A stretch of DNA of 64,000 nucleotides, from NCBI GenBank assembly GCA_963823665.1, contig CAWGMQ010000010.1:64001-128000 (forward strand), in the 5' to 3' direction. This DNA is from an uncultured Planctomycetota bacterium (lineage in GTDB: Bacteria; Planctomycetota; Planctomycetia; Isosphaerales; Isosphaeraceae). The notes under the pieces were generated by a model that was given only the letters and a program-made list of their open reading frames with translations, ran no database searches and was not told the DNA's origin. Positions 28,392 through 38,245 of this stretch are shown here, piece after piece; the first letter of the stretch is position 1, and the number at the start of each line of letters is the position of its first letter. The translations under genes were made by a program, and so were the position numbers.

Positions 28392-31186
28392 TCAGGCCGG
28401 AGGCCCTAGAGTTGGAAGCTTCTTGCCGATGAAGCGACCGACCAAGTTGGTATCGTTGATATCCACAACACCGTCGCCGTTGATGTCGTCGAAGATGTTG
28501 TAAACGCCGCCCAGGCTCGCGAAATCGTTGCGGACGTCCACAAGGTCCTGCGCATTGACCACGCCATCGTCATTGACATCGCCGGGGAGGACGTCCAGGC
28601 GCCGGGTATAGGTCGTGATGCCCGCGTTGCCGATGGTCACCGTCACGCGGTCGGCCGTCGTGATCGCCTGGGCGAACGTGATCGTGTAGTTCGTCCCGGA
28701 GCCGGAGATCGTCACCGGCCCATAATTGGCGACCGTGATCCCCGTGACGCTCACGTCGCCCGGCGAAAGGGTCTCGGCTTGACTGAGCGTGATCTGGAGC
28801 TTGTTGATCCCATACCAGGGGAGATCGGTGTTGCGCCCGGCGGGGAGCAGCACCTGCACGCCGTTTTCCATCACGGTTTGCAACGCGATCGTGCCCGTCG
28901 TGCCCCAGTCGGCCGAGACCGCGGTCACGGTGGCGGCGACCTGGTTCACCGTCACGAGGAACTGCACGCTGGTCTGGTCCACCCCGCCGTTGGCCGTGCC
29001 GCCGCTCTCCATCACGGTCACCGTGATGGTGGCTGAGCCAAAGCTGTTCGCCGCCGGCGTGAAGGTCAACGTGCCCGTCGAATTCGGGCTGGTGTAAGTG
29101 ATCGACGGGTTGATCAGGGAGGAGTTAGTCGAGGAGGCCGTGACGGTCAGGGTCTCACTCGCGCCACCGCCGGCTGCGATACCCGTGAGGTCGACGGTCT
29201 GCTCACCCGCATTCTCATTGATCGTCACATTCGCAGGCTGGATGATCGTCGGCGCCTGGTTGACGAAGTTCACGGTCACGGTGAATTGTACGCTGGTCGT
29301 GTTCGCACCGCCGTCGTCCGAAACGGTGACGGTGATGGTGGCCGACCCGTACATGTTCGCCGCGGGCGTGAAGGTCAAAGTGCCCGTCGAATCCGGGCTG
29401 GTGTAGGTCACGGCCGGATTATTGATGAGGGAGGTGTTGTTCGAGGAGGCCGTGACCGAGAGCGTCACGTTCCCGGCGGCGCCGGACGTGATGCCCATGA
29501 GATCGACGGTCTGCTCGCCCGCGTTCTCATCGATCGTCAGGTTCGAGGGCGTGTTGATCGTTGGCGGGACGTTGACCTGGTTCACCGTCACTTTGAACTG
29601 CACCGCGGTCTCGTCCACCCCGCCGTTGGCCGTGCCGCCGTCGTCCATCACGGTCACGGTGATGGTGGCTGAGCCAGAGCTGTTGGCCGCAGGGGTAAAC
29701 GTCAACGTGCCGGTCGAATTCGGGCTGGTGTAGGTGATCGACGGGTTGATGAGTGAGGAGTTGTTCGAGGAGGCCGTGACCGTCAGGTTCTGGGTCTCGC
29801 CGCCGCCGGCCGCGATGCCCGTGAGGTCGACGGTGTGCTGGGCCGGGTTCGCATTCTCATTGATTGGTCACGTTCGAGGGCGTGTTGATCGTCGGCGCGT
29901 CGTTGACGTGGTAATAAAGCCGGCTATAGACTTCTGCGTCGTTGTCTACTGGTCTTGCTCTGCCAGACGAAGATGGCGTTGCCGTAGGGATTGGAGGCAA
30001 CGTCCGATGTCAGTCTGGCTGTCGCCGGACTGGGTCGATGGCTGGAACAGGGTTGTCCCGATCAGCGTCCCCCCCGAGTTGACGCGCTGGGCGAGGATCG
30101 TGCCATTGCGACGAGCTCGTCCCAGCAACGCCGTCACTCTCCCACGCCACGACGAAGTCGCCCTCGCTGTCGATCGCGACGGAGGGATGGGTCTGGAAGT
30201 AATTCTCGGGACTGCTGACTTGGACCACGCTCGTCAGCGCGTTCCCGCTGCCATCGAACCGCTGGACTTCGACCCCCGGATTCGTACCCGTCTGCGTGAA
30301 TTGCCAGGCGATGACGAACTGACCGGTCGGCTCCATGGCGACCGAGGGGTTCGCCGCGCCGGCGGCCGTGCTGATTGCGGTATTGGTCCCGTTCACCGTC
30401 GGGCCGCCGGAGCCCGAGGTATAGGTGTAGCGCTGGGCGTAGACTCCCGCGGTCTGAGCGGACCCGCCGTCCTCCCAGGCGATCACGAAGTTGCCCGAGG
30501 TATCCATCGCGATCGACGGGGCACCCTGATTATCCCCCTGGGGGCTGTTGACGCGGAAGACAGAACCCTGGGACACCCCGGACGCGTTGAATTGCTGTGC
30601 GAAGACACCGTGGCAGTTGGAGTCGTACCCCTGATACGCGATCACGAAGTCGCCGGCCGAGTCCATCGCCACCTTCGGCAAGTTGCCGGCCGCAGCCTTC
30701 GTGCCTCCCGGCGTGACGGTTATGGTGCTCCCCTGAGCAACCCCGGCGAGGTTGTACGCGCTGGGCGTTGATCGCGTAGAAACTACCGGTACTCGTAGGT
30801 CTGCCAGGCTACGACGATGTCGCCATTGGCGTCCATCGCCACCGAAGGACGGGTGCTTCCGGTCGTCTGGGCGACCTGCGATCTCGCCCGTCTGGGGGAC
30901 CCCGGCGGAGTTGTAGACGCGTGCCTTGACGTCGTAGATATAACTCGGGCCCAGGTGGGTTTGATTGTTCCAGGCCACGACGTAGTCGCCGTTGACTGTC
31001 CATCGCGACCGAAGGCTGAGTATCGTCCAGCGGAGCCGACGTGTTGACCTTTGCGTCAGTGCTCGAGACGGCGACCAAGCTCAAGACGATTCGCTCCTCC
31101 ATCGCTTCCAGCCTGGGCTGCACGACCCTGCTGCGCCGCCGGAATCGATCTCGCTTCTCTAGGGAACTCGGGAGAGGTCGTTTCAT
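28392..31186 (-). CDS. Large secreted adhesin-like protein: LExR leader, PSVAMD beta-repeats, three cadherin/Ig-like repeats, C-terminal dockerin (several frameshifts 29850-31000)
   Basis: RRRSRVVQPRLEAMEERIVLS leader; repeated P(S/K)(V/I)AMD..G.FVIAW; repeats PTI..P.N.TI.ENAGEQTVDL.GI...TGTLTFTPAAN..GSATITVTV; GDVNDDGVVNAQDL...DINGDGVVDINDT. Confidence 0.8.
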
Positions 31187-31398
31187 CGGAAGTCCCATCT
31201 GGTACAAGCAGCACGAGTTACGGAACCATACCGAAACCGCGAAACATCTCGGGACTGACTGAAAAGAGCGTTTCTGCGCTCAAACCGTCACGTCGGTTGG
31301 GACGAGCGTAAAGCGCGTGAAACCAAAATGCAACGGGGTCACTGCGAACCGGACCTCGTCTGATGCGAAAACTCAACATGACTGTTTCAATAATTGCG

Positions 31399-32538
31399 TC
31401 ATTTGGGTTCGGCCACCACCGCGCTGGGCCGGAGCCAGTAGGCGAACTCGGGGGCGGTGACGGCCTGGCGCGTCGCCTCTTTCTCCGCGTTCAAGATCAT
31501 GGGGCGCTGGAGGTCGGGCAGGAACCGCACGTCGAACAGCTCGGTGCAGCCCTCGGTGAACTCGAACAGCCCGAGCTGGCGGCCGGTGTGCAGCTCGATG
31601 ACGGCCACGCCGCAACGCAACCGCGGATATCGCTCCTGGACGGGCAGGCCGCCGAAGATGTGCTTCTCGCGAATCGTGCTCAGGCCGACCAGGGCGACCG
31701 GTCCGACGAAACCGAGCCCGCGAACGTAGCCGGGCAGGCTGCAAACGACTTCGTGCCGGAACGATTCGAGGTCGACCCGCCACAACTCCCCCGCGCCCGA
31801 GTTGAGCACCCAGAGCGATCCGTCGTGGAGGCGGGGCGAATGCGGCATGCTCAGCCCGCGCAGGACGATCTCGCCGGTGGGCACGTCGATCACCAGGCCG
31901 CCATCGGCCTTTCGCTCCCGCCAGCCGCCGACCGTGTCTGTCGCTCCCATTGCCGTGACGAACCGCGGCCGGCCGCCTTCCATCGCCAGCCCGTTGAGAT
32001 GACACCGGTCCTCGGGGACGACTTCCGAGATGAACGGGGGCTGCCATCGCGGAATGAAGCTGTAGTCGCGGCTCGGGTTGCACAGGCAGGAGAACCGGGT
32101 GTTGACCAGCCAGAGGCACTCGCTGCCGAAGGCCACATCATGGACGGCGAGATCGCCCACGTCGTACGTGACCCGCGGAAGATAGAGCGCATCGTACCGG
32201 CCCGGCTGCTCTTCGAGGAATTCGTAGGCCAGCAAGGGGGCGTTGACCAGCTCGAGGACCTGATAGCGCGTCGCCAGGAGCAGCCGCGGGCCGTCGACGT
32301 CCAGCCCCATCGGCTTGGGGAAGTCGCGGAAGAGCAGGGTCACCTGCCGGCCGTCCCAGCCGATCATCCCGACCTTGCCCGCCTGGTAGGTCGTCAGCAC
32401 GATCGAGCCCCCAGCCTGGCTCAGCCAGGAGGGGAACGACTCCGAGACGTCGCATCGAATCGTTTCGGACATTCCGTCGCGCGGAGGGGGTGTGGTGGCG
32501 CTGTCCATGAAAACGGCGCTCCGCGAGCTGGGCGACAT
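31399..32538 (-). CDS. TIGR03032 (DUF4915) family protein
   Basis: SIVLTTYQAGK, DALYLPR.TY.VGDLAVHD, VNTRFSCL, PEDRCHLNGLAM and GLSMPHSPR signature motifs. Confidence 0.9.
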   Translation of the reverse strand: MSPSSRSAVFMDSATTPPPRDGMSETIRCDVSESFPSWLSQAGGSIVLTTYQAGKVGMIGWDGRQVTLLFRDFPKPMGLDVDGPRLLLATRYQVLELVNAPLLAYEFLEEQPGRYDALYLPRVTYDVGDLAVHDVAFGSECLWLVNTRFSCLCNPSRDYSFIPRWQPPFISEVVPEDRCHLNGLAMEGGRPRFVTAMGATDTVGGWRERKADGGLVIDVPTGEIVLRGLSMPHSPRLHDGSLWVLNSGAGELWRVDLESFRHEVVCSLPGYVRGLGFVGPVALVGLSTIREKHIFGGLPVQERYPRLRCGVAVIELHTGRQLGLFEFTEGCTELFDVRFLPDLQRPMILNAEKEATRQAVTAPEFAYWLRPSAVVAEPK

Positions 32539-32550
32539 CCGGGGTCTGAT

Positions 32551-33072
32551 CTAAGACCGGGCGGGGAAGACGCCTTGCAAGGCGATGATGTAATTCAGGA
32601 CCAGGAATGGCTGACGGTTCTCATGGGGTTGGCCGCCGCCAGCGGAGGTGGTCGCCGCAGCGGACATCGCGCCAGGCGGCGTCGAGGTACCGTAGGGGGT
32701 GTCCGTCCCCGGTCGGGCCCAATCCGCGCCCGACGGCGAATTGGTGTCGCCCACTCGGCCGAAGGCGAGCGCTCCATGGGAATGTGCGGCCAACTGGCTC
32801 AGACTCAGCGTGACCGAATCGGAGCCGCCGGTTTGACCCAGGTTGTAATTGCTCAAGCCCGTCCCCTGACCCGCGCAGGTCGCCGTTCGTCCTTGGAGAT
32901 TCGGCAGGCCGAAGGTTGACTTGCCGTCACCTCCGAAGTTGGTTCCCAGCAGCGAGAACAACGCCGGATTCTGTGAGATGGGGAGAATCTGGCCATTGCA
33001 CAACGCCCACCCCTGCGGGGCAAAGTTATAAGGGACGGGAATTACCTGGCCGAGGAACGGCGTCTGAGGCAT
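32551..33072 (-). CDS. Phage tail-collar domain protein (microcystin-dependent-protein-like) 1
   Basis: PFLGQV...NFAPQGWALCNGQILPISQNPALFSLLGTNFGGDG..TFGLPNLQGR; HSH; HENRQPFLVLNYIIALQGVFP. Confidence 0.92.
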   Translation of the reverse strand: MPQTPFLGQVIPVPYNFAPQGWALCNGQILPISQNPALFSLLGTNFGGDGKSTFGLPNLQGRTATCAGQGTGLSNYNLGQTGGSDSVTLSLSQLAAHSHGALAFGRVGDTNSPSGADWARPGTDTPYGTSTPPGAMSAAATTSAGGGQPHENRQPFLVLNYIIALQGVFPARS

Positions 33073-33207
33073 CGCATCATCTCCTGGTTTTTTCGTGGGG
33101 AGTCGTTTTCAATTTGTGGGCAATCTGCTCGCGCACCCACGGTCAGCCACCGCGCTGGCCCTGGTGTCGCGGCAGGGGCCCCATCGGCGGCGGGAACGTT
33201 GGGAAGG

Positions 33208-33726
33208 TCAATTCTGAGTTGGGAAGATTCCCTCCAGAGCGATGATGTAGTTGAGTGCCTGATAAGCCATCAAGTTGGCGTGCGGCTGATTGCCTCCGGC
33301 CAGACCGATCGCGCCCGGGGCCATGCTGGCCGCGCCCGTTGTAGCGGACTTGTAAGGGTTGTCGTTAGAGGCCTGGGCCCAAAGCGCGTTCACTGGCGAT
33401 CCGCTGTTGCTCCCCCCGGTGAAACACTGGGCTTGGTGGGTGTGACTGGGGACCTGGCCGCTGGTGAGCGTCACGCTCTCGGACCCACCGACTTGGCCGA
33501 TCGTGTAATTGCTCGTGCCGTTCCCTTGACCCTGGTGCAAAGGAATGCGGCTGCGCAGGTCGGGCAGGGCGAACGTTGTTTGCCCGTCACCTCCGTAGAT
33601 CGTGCCGATCAGTTGAAACAGCACCATATTCTGGTCGATCTGCAGGAGCTGGCCGTTGCAAAACGCCCAACCCACCGGCGCGAAGGTGAAGGCCACCAGG
33701 GTGATCTGACCAATAAAGGGCTCCAC
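33208..33726 (-). CDS. Phage tail-collar domain protein 2
   Basis: AAGGAG RBS before GTG 33726; EPFIGQI...FAPVGWAFCNGQLL...YGGDGQTTFALPDLRSR; HTH; ALNYIIALEGIFP. Confidence 0.92.
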   Translation of the reverse strand: MEPFIGQITLVAFTFAPVGWAFCNGQLLQIDQNMVLFQLIGTIYGGDGQTTFALPDLRSRIPLHQGQGNGTSNYTIGQVGGSESVTLTSGQVPSHTHQAQCFTGGSNSGSPVNALWAQASNDNPYKSATTGAASMAPGAIGLAGGNQPHANLMAYQALNYIIALEGIFPTQN

Positions 33727-33798
33727 TTGTCGTGCTCCTTCCGATCGTCGCGGGCGGCGCAGGCCCCGCTCGAGCCTCGCTTCCACGAGATCAAGAAA

Positions 33799-34308
33799 TT
33801 AGTTTCTAGAAGGGAAGATGCCCTGAATCGCGATGATGAAATTGACGACGAGAAAAGGCTGAAGGTTGGAATGCGGCTGCGAGTTTCCGCTGGGAGTGAT
33901 CAGGCCGGCGGCCATCGATCCGTTGGGATTGGATCCCGTTTGATAGAGCTTCTCGCCTGAGGACGACCCGGCCCATACCTGACTGGCTGGATCTCCGACG
34001 GTCCCTGCCTGCGTGGAACACATCGGCGCGTGCGAATGGAGCGGGATCTGGTTGCCATTCAGGGTCACGCTTTCGACCCCGCCCGTGCTGCCCAATTGAT
34101 AGTTCGGGCCGCTCTGGACGCTGACGCGCCCCCTCAGGTCGGGCAGCGCGAAGGTATGGACCCCATCGCCGCCATAAGTCACTCCCAGCAACGAGAAGAG
34201 GGCCTGATTCTGCGCGATCGGTAGGATTTGACCGTTGCAGAATGCCCACCCTTTTGGAGGAAACGGGAATGCGACTGGAGAGATTTCACCGAGGAAAGGG
34301 TCTGCCAT
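33799..34308 (-). CDS. Phage tail-collar domain protein 3
   Basis: MADPFLGEI...FPPKGWAFCNGQILPIAQNQALFSLLGVTYGGDG..TFALPDLRGR; HSH; HSNLQPFLVVNFIIAIQGIFPSRN. Confidence 0.92.
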   Translation of the reverse strand: MADPFLGEISPVAFPFPPKGWAFCNGQILPIAQNQALFSLLGVTYGGDGVHTFALPDLRGRVSVQSGPNYQLGSTGGVESVTLNGNQIPLHSHAPMCSTQAGTVGDPASQVWAGSSSGEKLYQTGSNPNGSMAAGLITPSGNSQPHSNLQPFLVVNFIIAIQGIFPSRN

Positions 34309-34395
34309 CGTGATCACCTCGTGATATTCGTTGACCTCGGGGAGCAGATACCGCCATCCGCCTCCAGATTCGACTCGCACCGCAGTGAAAAACCA

Positions 34396-34710
34396 TCAGT
34401 TGAAAATGGCCTGATAGTGCAAGCCGTTCGAGCTTCCCTCGGGCCCGAGGGGAACCAGGAAAATCCCAAGCGTGCCCCGCGTGGGGTGCTCGATCGGATA
34501 AATCTGCTGCGGAAGGAGCCGGTCGCGCGGGCCCCTGAAGATCAAGGAAAACGCCTGGGCCCGGATTTCGGGTGAAGCCGGCCGGTGGCACTCGCCGATC
34601 GTGTCGGCCTCGATCAATTCGAGCTCGAGCACGTCTCCCGACCCAAGTGACACCCGGAACGTACGATTCACGTGTCCGATGAAGTCAGAGACAGTCAACT
34701 GATCGAGCAT
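34396..34710 (-). CDS. DUF6916-like small protein
   Basis: MLDQLTVSDF...LELELIEA...AFSLIFRGP...LLPQQIYPIEHP..G.LGIFLVPLGP...YQAIFN. This family typically accompanies collar-protein triplets. Confidence 0.8.
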   Translation of the reverse strand: MLDQLTVSDFIGHVNRTFRVSLGSGDVLELELIEADTIGECHRPASPEIRAQAFSLIFRGPRDRLLPQQIYPIEHPTRGTLGIFLVPLGPEGSSNGLHYQAIFN

Positions 34711-34979
34711 GTGGCACCCTGCGGCCTCAAGCCGCGGAGCAGAGGGCGGAGGCCCAGATTCGCCTCGGATCCGAGCGCCCAAAGGCACCTCGTGCTCTCC
34801 GAGGGGCCCTTGCTCATCGCTGTCTCGGGCAGCATAGTTAATATCACGCGAGAGCGACTGTCAAGGACCATGTGGATTTCGAGCGATCTCCATGGCGAGT
34901 TCGGCCCGATGGGTTTCGACCCCGGGTCTCGCACGAAGGGAGTGATGAGGTCGCTGACCTACAACAGGACGGGACCGCC

Positions 34980-35511
34980 ATGCTAGGTCGAACCTTGACG
35001 GACCGTGTGCGAGGGCCCCTGGCCGGCTCGATCGGTCTCCGGCCCGCCGTCGCGGCGGATGAGCCATTTTTGTACCGAGTTTTTGCGAGCGACCGCGCCC
35101 GAAGAACTCCGGCTCGTCGACTGGGACGACAACCAGAAAGCGGCCCTTCTGAGGATGCAGTTCGTCGCGCAGAATGCCTCCTACCGCCAGGCTTTCCCGG
35201 GCTCGGCTTTTGAGGTGATCCTTAACGGCGGTCAACCGGCCGGCCGCCTCTTCCTGCACCGCGGCACCGAGTTGATCCGCGTCGTCGACATCGGCCTCTT
35301 GCCCGAGCACCGGAATCAAGGGATCGGCGGCGCGCTCTTGAAGGCGGTGCTAGACGAGGCCGCCGAGGCCGACAAAACGGTGCGGCTCCGCGTCGAGTCG
35401 TTGAATCGGGCCGTGAGGCTGTATGAGCGCCTCGACTTCGCGTCGATCGGTACCGACGGAGCCCACATCGAGATGGAGTTCGTTCCCAGGATCCCGAACG
35501 AGGGCCACTGA
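34980..35511 (+). CDS. GNAT family N-acetyltransferase (frameshift near 35090)
   Basis: LRPAVAADEPFLYRVFAS in the first frame; LRMQFVAQ...IRVVDIGLLPEHRNQGIGGALL...NRAVRLYERLDF in the second frame. Confidence 0.85.
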
Positions 35512-35716
35512 TTTGTCACCCCTTAGATCCTGGATGCGCAGCGCTCGCCAAATTGCGAACCGCAACTTCACACCGCTTGAGTGGCAGCGGTTTTTCCCTG
35601 ACATCCCCTACCGAAGCACTTTCGACGGGGTGCCTTTGCCAGCGAACATCGACACCAGCCAAACACGCCCGCCGGTGTCCGCGGGCCCGAACGTGAATGA
35701 CCCCAAACTGAAGTGA
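35510..35716 (+). pseudogene. Orphan 3' remnant resembling the C-terminal cap of WD40/STAND proteins
   Basis: DLSPLRSWMRSARQIANRNFTPLEWQRFFPDIPYRSTF resembles the RNLT..EW..Y/FFP..PYR.T tail of WD40-repeat NTPases. No upstream part is present. Confidence 0.55.
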
Positions 35717-35737
35717 TGTCATGACTGGCGAATGGAC

Positions 35738-35781
35738 GCCAACGGGGCCACGGTCAATCGCCACGGGCTTCAGCCCTTGGC
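35738..35781. repeat. REP-like palindromic element
   Basis: GCCACGGGC-TTCA-GCCCTTGGC imperfect hairpin (35760-35781), preceded by GCCAACGGGGC, in an intergenic region. Confidence 0.35.
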
Positions 35782-35955
35782 TCCTTGGCTCCATTGCCCC
35801 TTTCTCCGCAATGTCGCGCCGGAAAACACGACATCGCGCGAGGTCGTCCAACCCCAATCCAGCTAACCAGTGCTTCAAATCCCCACATGTGGTATCGTAT
35901 CTCGCTCAAGCCACCATCGCGACCGCAGCGTCGCGGTCCCCTTGAGGAGCCGCAC

Positions 35956-37726
35956 GTGAAGATAACAAGCGCGTTTCTGGCCGCGTGCGTCGTCTGGGCG
36001 GCGTTAGTCGCCCCGAGCATTTCCACGTCCGCCGGCGAGCCGACCCGCCCGCGCCCCGACGTTATGATTCTCGAGCGATTGAAAGACGTCGGCTTGAGCG
36101 GCGCTCAGACAGCCGCGATCAAGAAGTTGTCGGCCGAGCTCGATTCGCGCCTCGGCGAGCTCGAAGCGAAAGCCGCGCCCACTCCCGCGCAGCGGGCTGC
36201 CCGCGAGCGGGCGCTTCGAAAAGTAATTGCCGAGGGCAAGCGAGGCACCGAGGCAAGACCAATCATCGCGGCCGCCTTCGCGCTCTCGAACGAGCAACGC
36301 CACGCCGCGGCGCAGATCGGTATCGTGCGCGACGAGTTCAACCGCTCCGTCTTCTCACTCCTCACCGAGACGCAAAAGAGAATGCTCGCAGCGTCGGAGC
36401 ACCGACTCGACGAGTTCACCGGCTTCATCATCGTGCGATTGGCCGGCGACGTACCCAGAGAGGCTCGACGACGCAAGAAGCCTCGACGACGTCGCCCGTG
36501 CGCAGAACCTGACCGGCTTGCGCGAGGTGATCGTCGCCTTGGGATTGAACGATACCGAGCGCCTGGTTCGCTTCGTCCCCGATTCGCACGCGCCTGACCC
36601 CGACAGGCAGCGCGACGTCGATGCACTGGCCCGCCGGCTCCGTTCATACTGGCGAATCGATGCTCGCTCGAAAAACGCGCCGGTCGATACAATCCTCCGC
36701 CGGCTGCAGGCCACTCCGGGAATCGATTTCGCTTATCGTGAATCGGCGATCGGCACTCCATCACAGATTGATCCGAACGAGAACCCATACTTCCCGCTTC
36801 AGGGTTATCTGGACGCTGCACCCACCGGCATCGATGCCCGCTTCGCCTGGAGGAAGCCCGGCGGCGACGGCGCGGGCGTCGGTTTCGTCGACGTCGAGGA
36901 CTGCTGGAATACAAATCACGAGGATTTGAAAGGACAATCGCCGACCCTGATTTTCGGCGACGAAATCGCAGGTGACCACGGCACCGGCGTGCTGGGCGAG
37001 TTGGTCGCACAGGACAACAAGGTGGGCATAATCGGTGTCGCGCCGTCTCCTGCATATGTATTCTTGACGAGCTGGCTCGAGATCGGCGCGGCGACGGATC
37101 GCCTGGTGGAAGGCGTCGTCCTGTCGGCGATTCTGATGAATCAAGGCGACGTCTTGCTTCTGGAAGTGGAGCGCTACTACAAACCGGTCGAGCTCTGGGC
37201 CGCCGACTTCGACGCCTTGCGGTTTGCGACCTCGCTCGGCATTGTCGTGATCGAGCCGGCCGCCAACGGCGACTACGATCTCGACGGCACGCCGGATCCC
37301 GCGGGCCGATTCGTCCTCAATCGGGCCTCGGCCGACTTTCGCGATTCCGGGGCGATCATGATCGGCGCATCTGATCCGATGGACTCGCACAACCGTGCGC
37401 CGTTCTCCTGCTATGGCTCGCGCGTGGATTGCTTCGCGTGGGGCCGATACGTGGTCACGTGCGGGGGGGGCGACCTCGACGCTGGCGGCGGCAATCCCAA
37501 CAAGACATACCGAAAGGCGTTCAACGGCACCAGCGCCTCGGCTCCGATCGTGGCCGGCGCAGCCATGATCTTGCAGGCGAGAAGAAAGGTCCGCGGCAAG
37601 CGTCCGCTCACCTCCGAAGAGATGCGTTCGCTGCTCGCCGATCCCCGTACCGGCACTTTGCAGGGCCCGCGCGTCCCCGGTAACATCGGCGTCATGCCCA
37701 ATTTGCTGCGCCGTCATCGACGCTGA
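35956..37726 (+). CDS. Exported S8 (subtilisin-like) serine peptidase with helical N-terminal domain (frameshift near 36460)
   Basis: GAGGAG RBS, GTG start and signal peptide. Catalytic triad motifs VGFVDVE, DHGTGVLG and FNGTSASAPIVAG; oxyanion PAANG. Confidence 0.88.
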
Positions 37727-37795
37727 AGACGCTGGGCCCAACCGCAAGAACAACCGTTAGACCCTCTTTCACCCCGACGTCGAGGAGCTCTTCCC

Positions 37796-38245
37796 ATGGC
37801 TTCAGTTGACATCACCGTGGCAACTTCCGTTCTCGCGCTCTTGCGCCGTGATGTAACGGCGAGCTGCATCGCCGATCGCTATGGCGTCACCGAGGCCCAG
37901 GTCCTCGAGTGGCAGGATGTCTTCGTCCTGGCCGGTTCGCTGGCGCTGGCCGAATTCCAGCGCGGTGGCAAGGTCTTTGCGCATCTGGGCGAGGTGTGCG
38001 ATCCTGACACAGATGGCGACAACGGCAACGGCGGTCTGGGCCCGCCGACAACCAAGTCATACCTTCGCCATGGCAAGGGCGGTCTGGGCCCGCCGACAAC
38101 CAAGTCATACCTTCGCCATGGCAAGGGCGGTCTGGGCCCGCCGACAACCAGGTCATACCTTCGCCATGGCAAAGGCGGTCTGGGCCCGCCGACAACGAGC
38201 TCATCCCCTCACCATACCAAGGCAGGTCGAAGGCGACGAACATGA
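37796..38245 (+). CDS. Small protein: HTH-like N-terminal domain plus four 16-aa repeats (candidate multi-core precursor or glycosylation substrate)
   Basis: GAGGAG RBS; stop overlaps the next start (ATGA); GGLGPPTT(K/R)SYLRHGK x3 plus GGLGPPTTSSSPHHTK. Confidence 0.8.
   Translation: MASVDITVATSVLALLRRDVTASCIADRYGVTEAQVLEWQDVFVLAGSLALAEFQRGGKVFAHLGEVCDPDTDGDNGNGGLGPPTTKSYLRHGKGGLGPPTTKSYLRHGKGGLGPPTTRSYLRHGKGGLGPPTTSSSPHHTKAGRRRRT
38030..38221 (+). repeat. In-frame 48-bp tandem repeat, 4 copies
   Basis: Unit ggcggtctgggcccgccgacaaccaagtcataccttcgccatggcaag at 38030 and 38078 (identical), 38126 (2 substitutions) and 38174 (diverged after PPTT). Confidence 0.97.

Noticed and set aside
31363..32919. 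Long antisense ORFs (also 11837..13336, 15268..16149, 36761..37753, 39220..40302, 53487..54707)
   Set aside because: Shadow frames of well-supported genes in high-GC DNA, with no recognisable motifs.
32551..34308. Prophage, tailocin or contractile injection system
   Set aside because: No capsid, terminase, sheath, tube, baseplate, integrase or lysis genes are present in the window.
37796..37970. Intact IS element based on the transposase-like HTH
   Set aside because: No DDE/integrase ORF, terminal inverted repeats or target duplication were seen.
38030..38221. CRISPR array
   Set aside because: The units are contiguous 48-bp in-frame copies with no unique spacers, and there are no cas genes.
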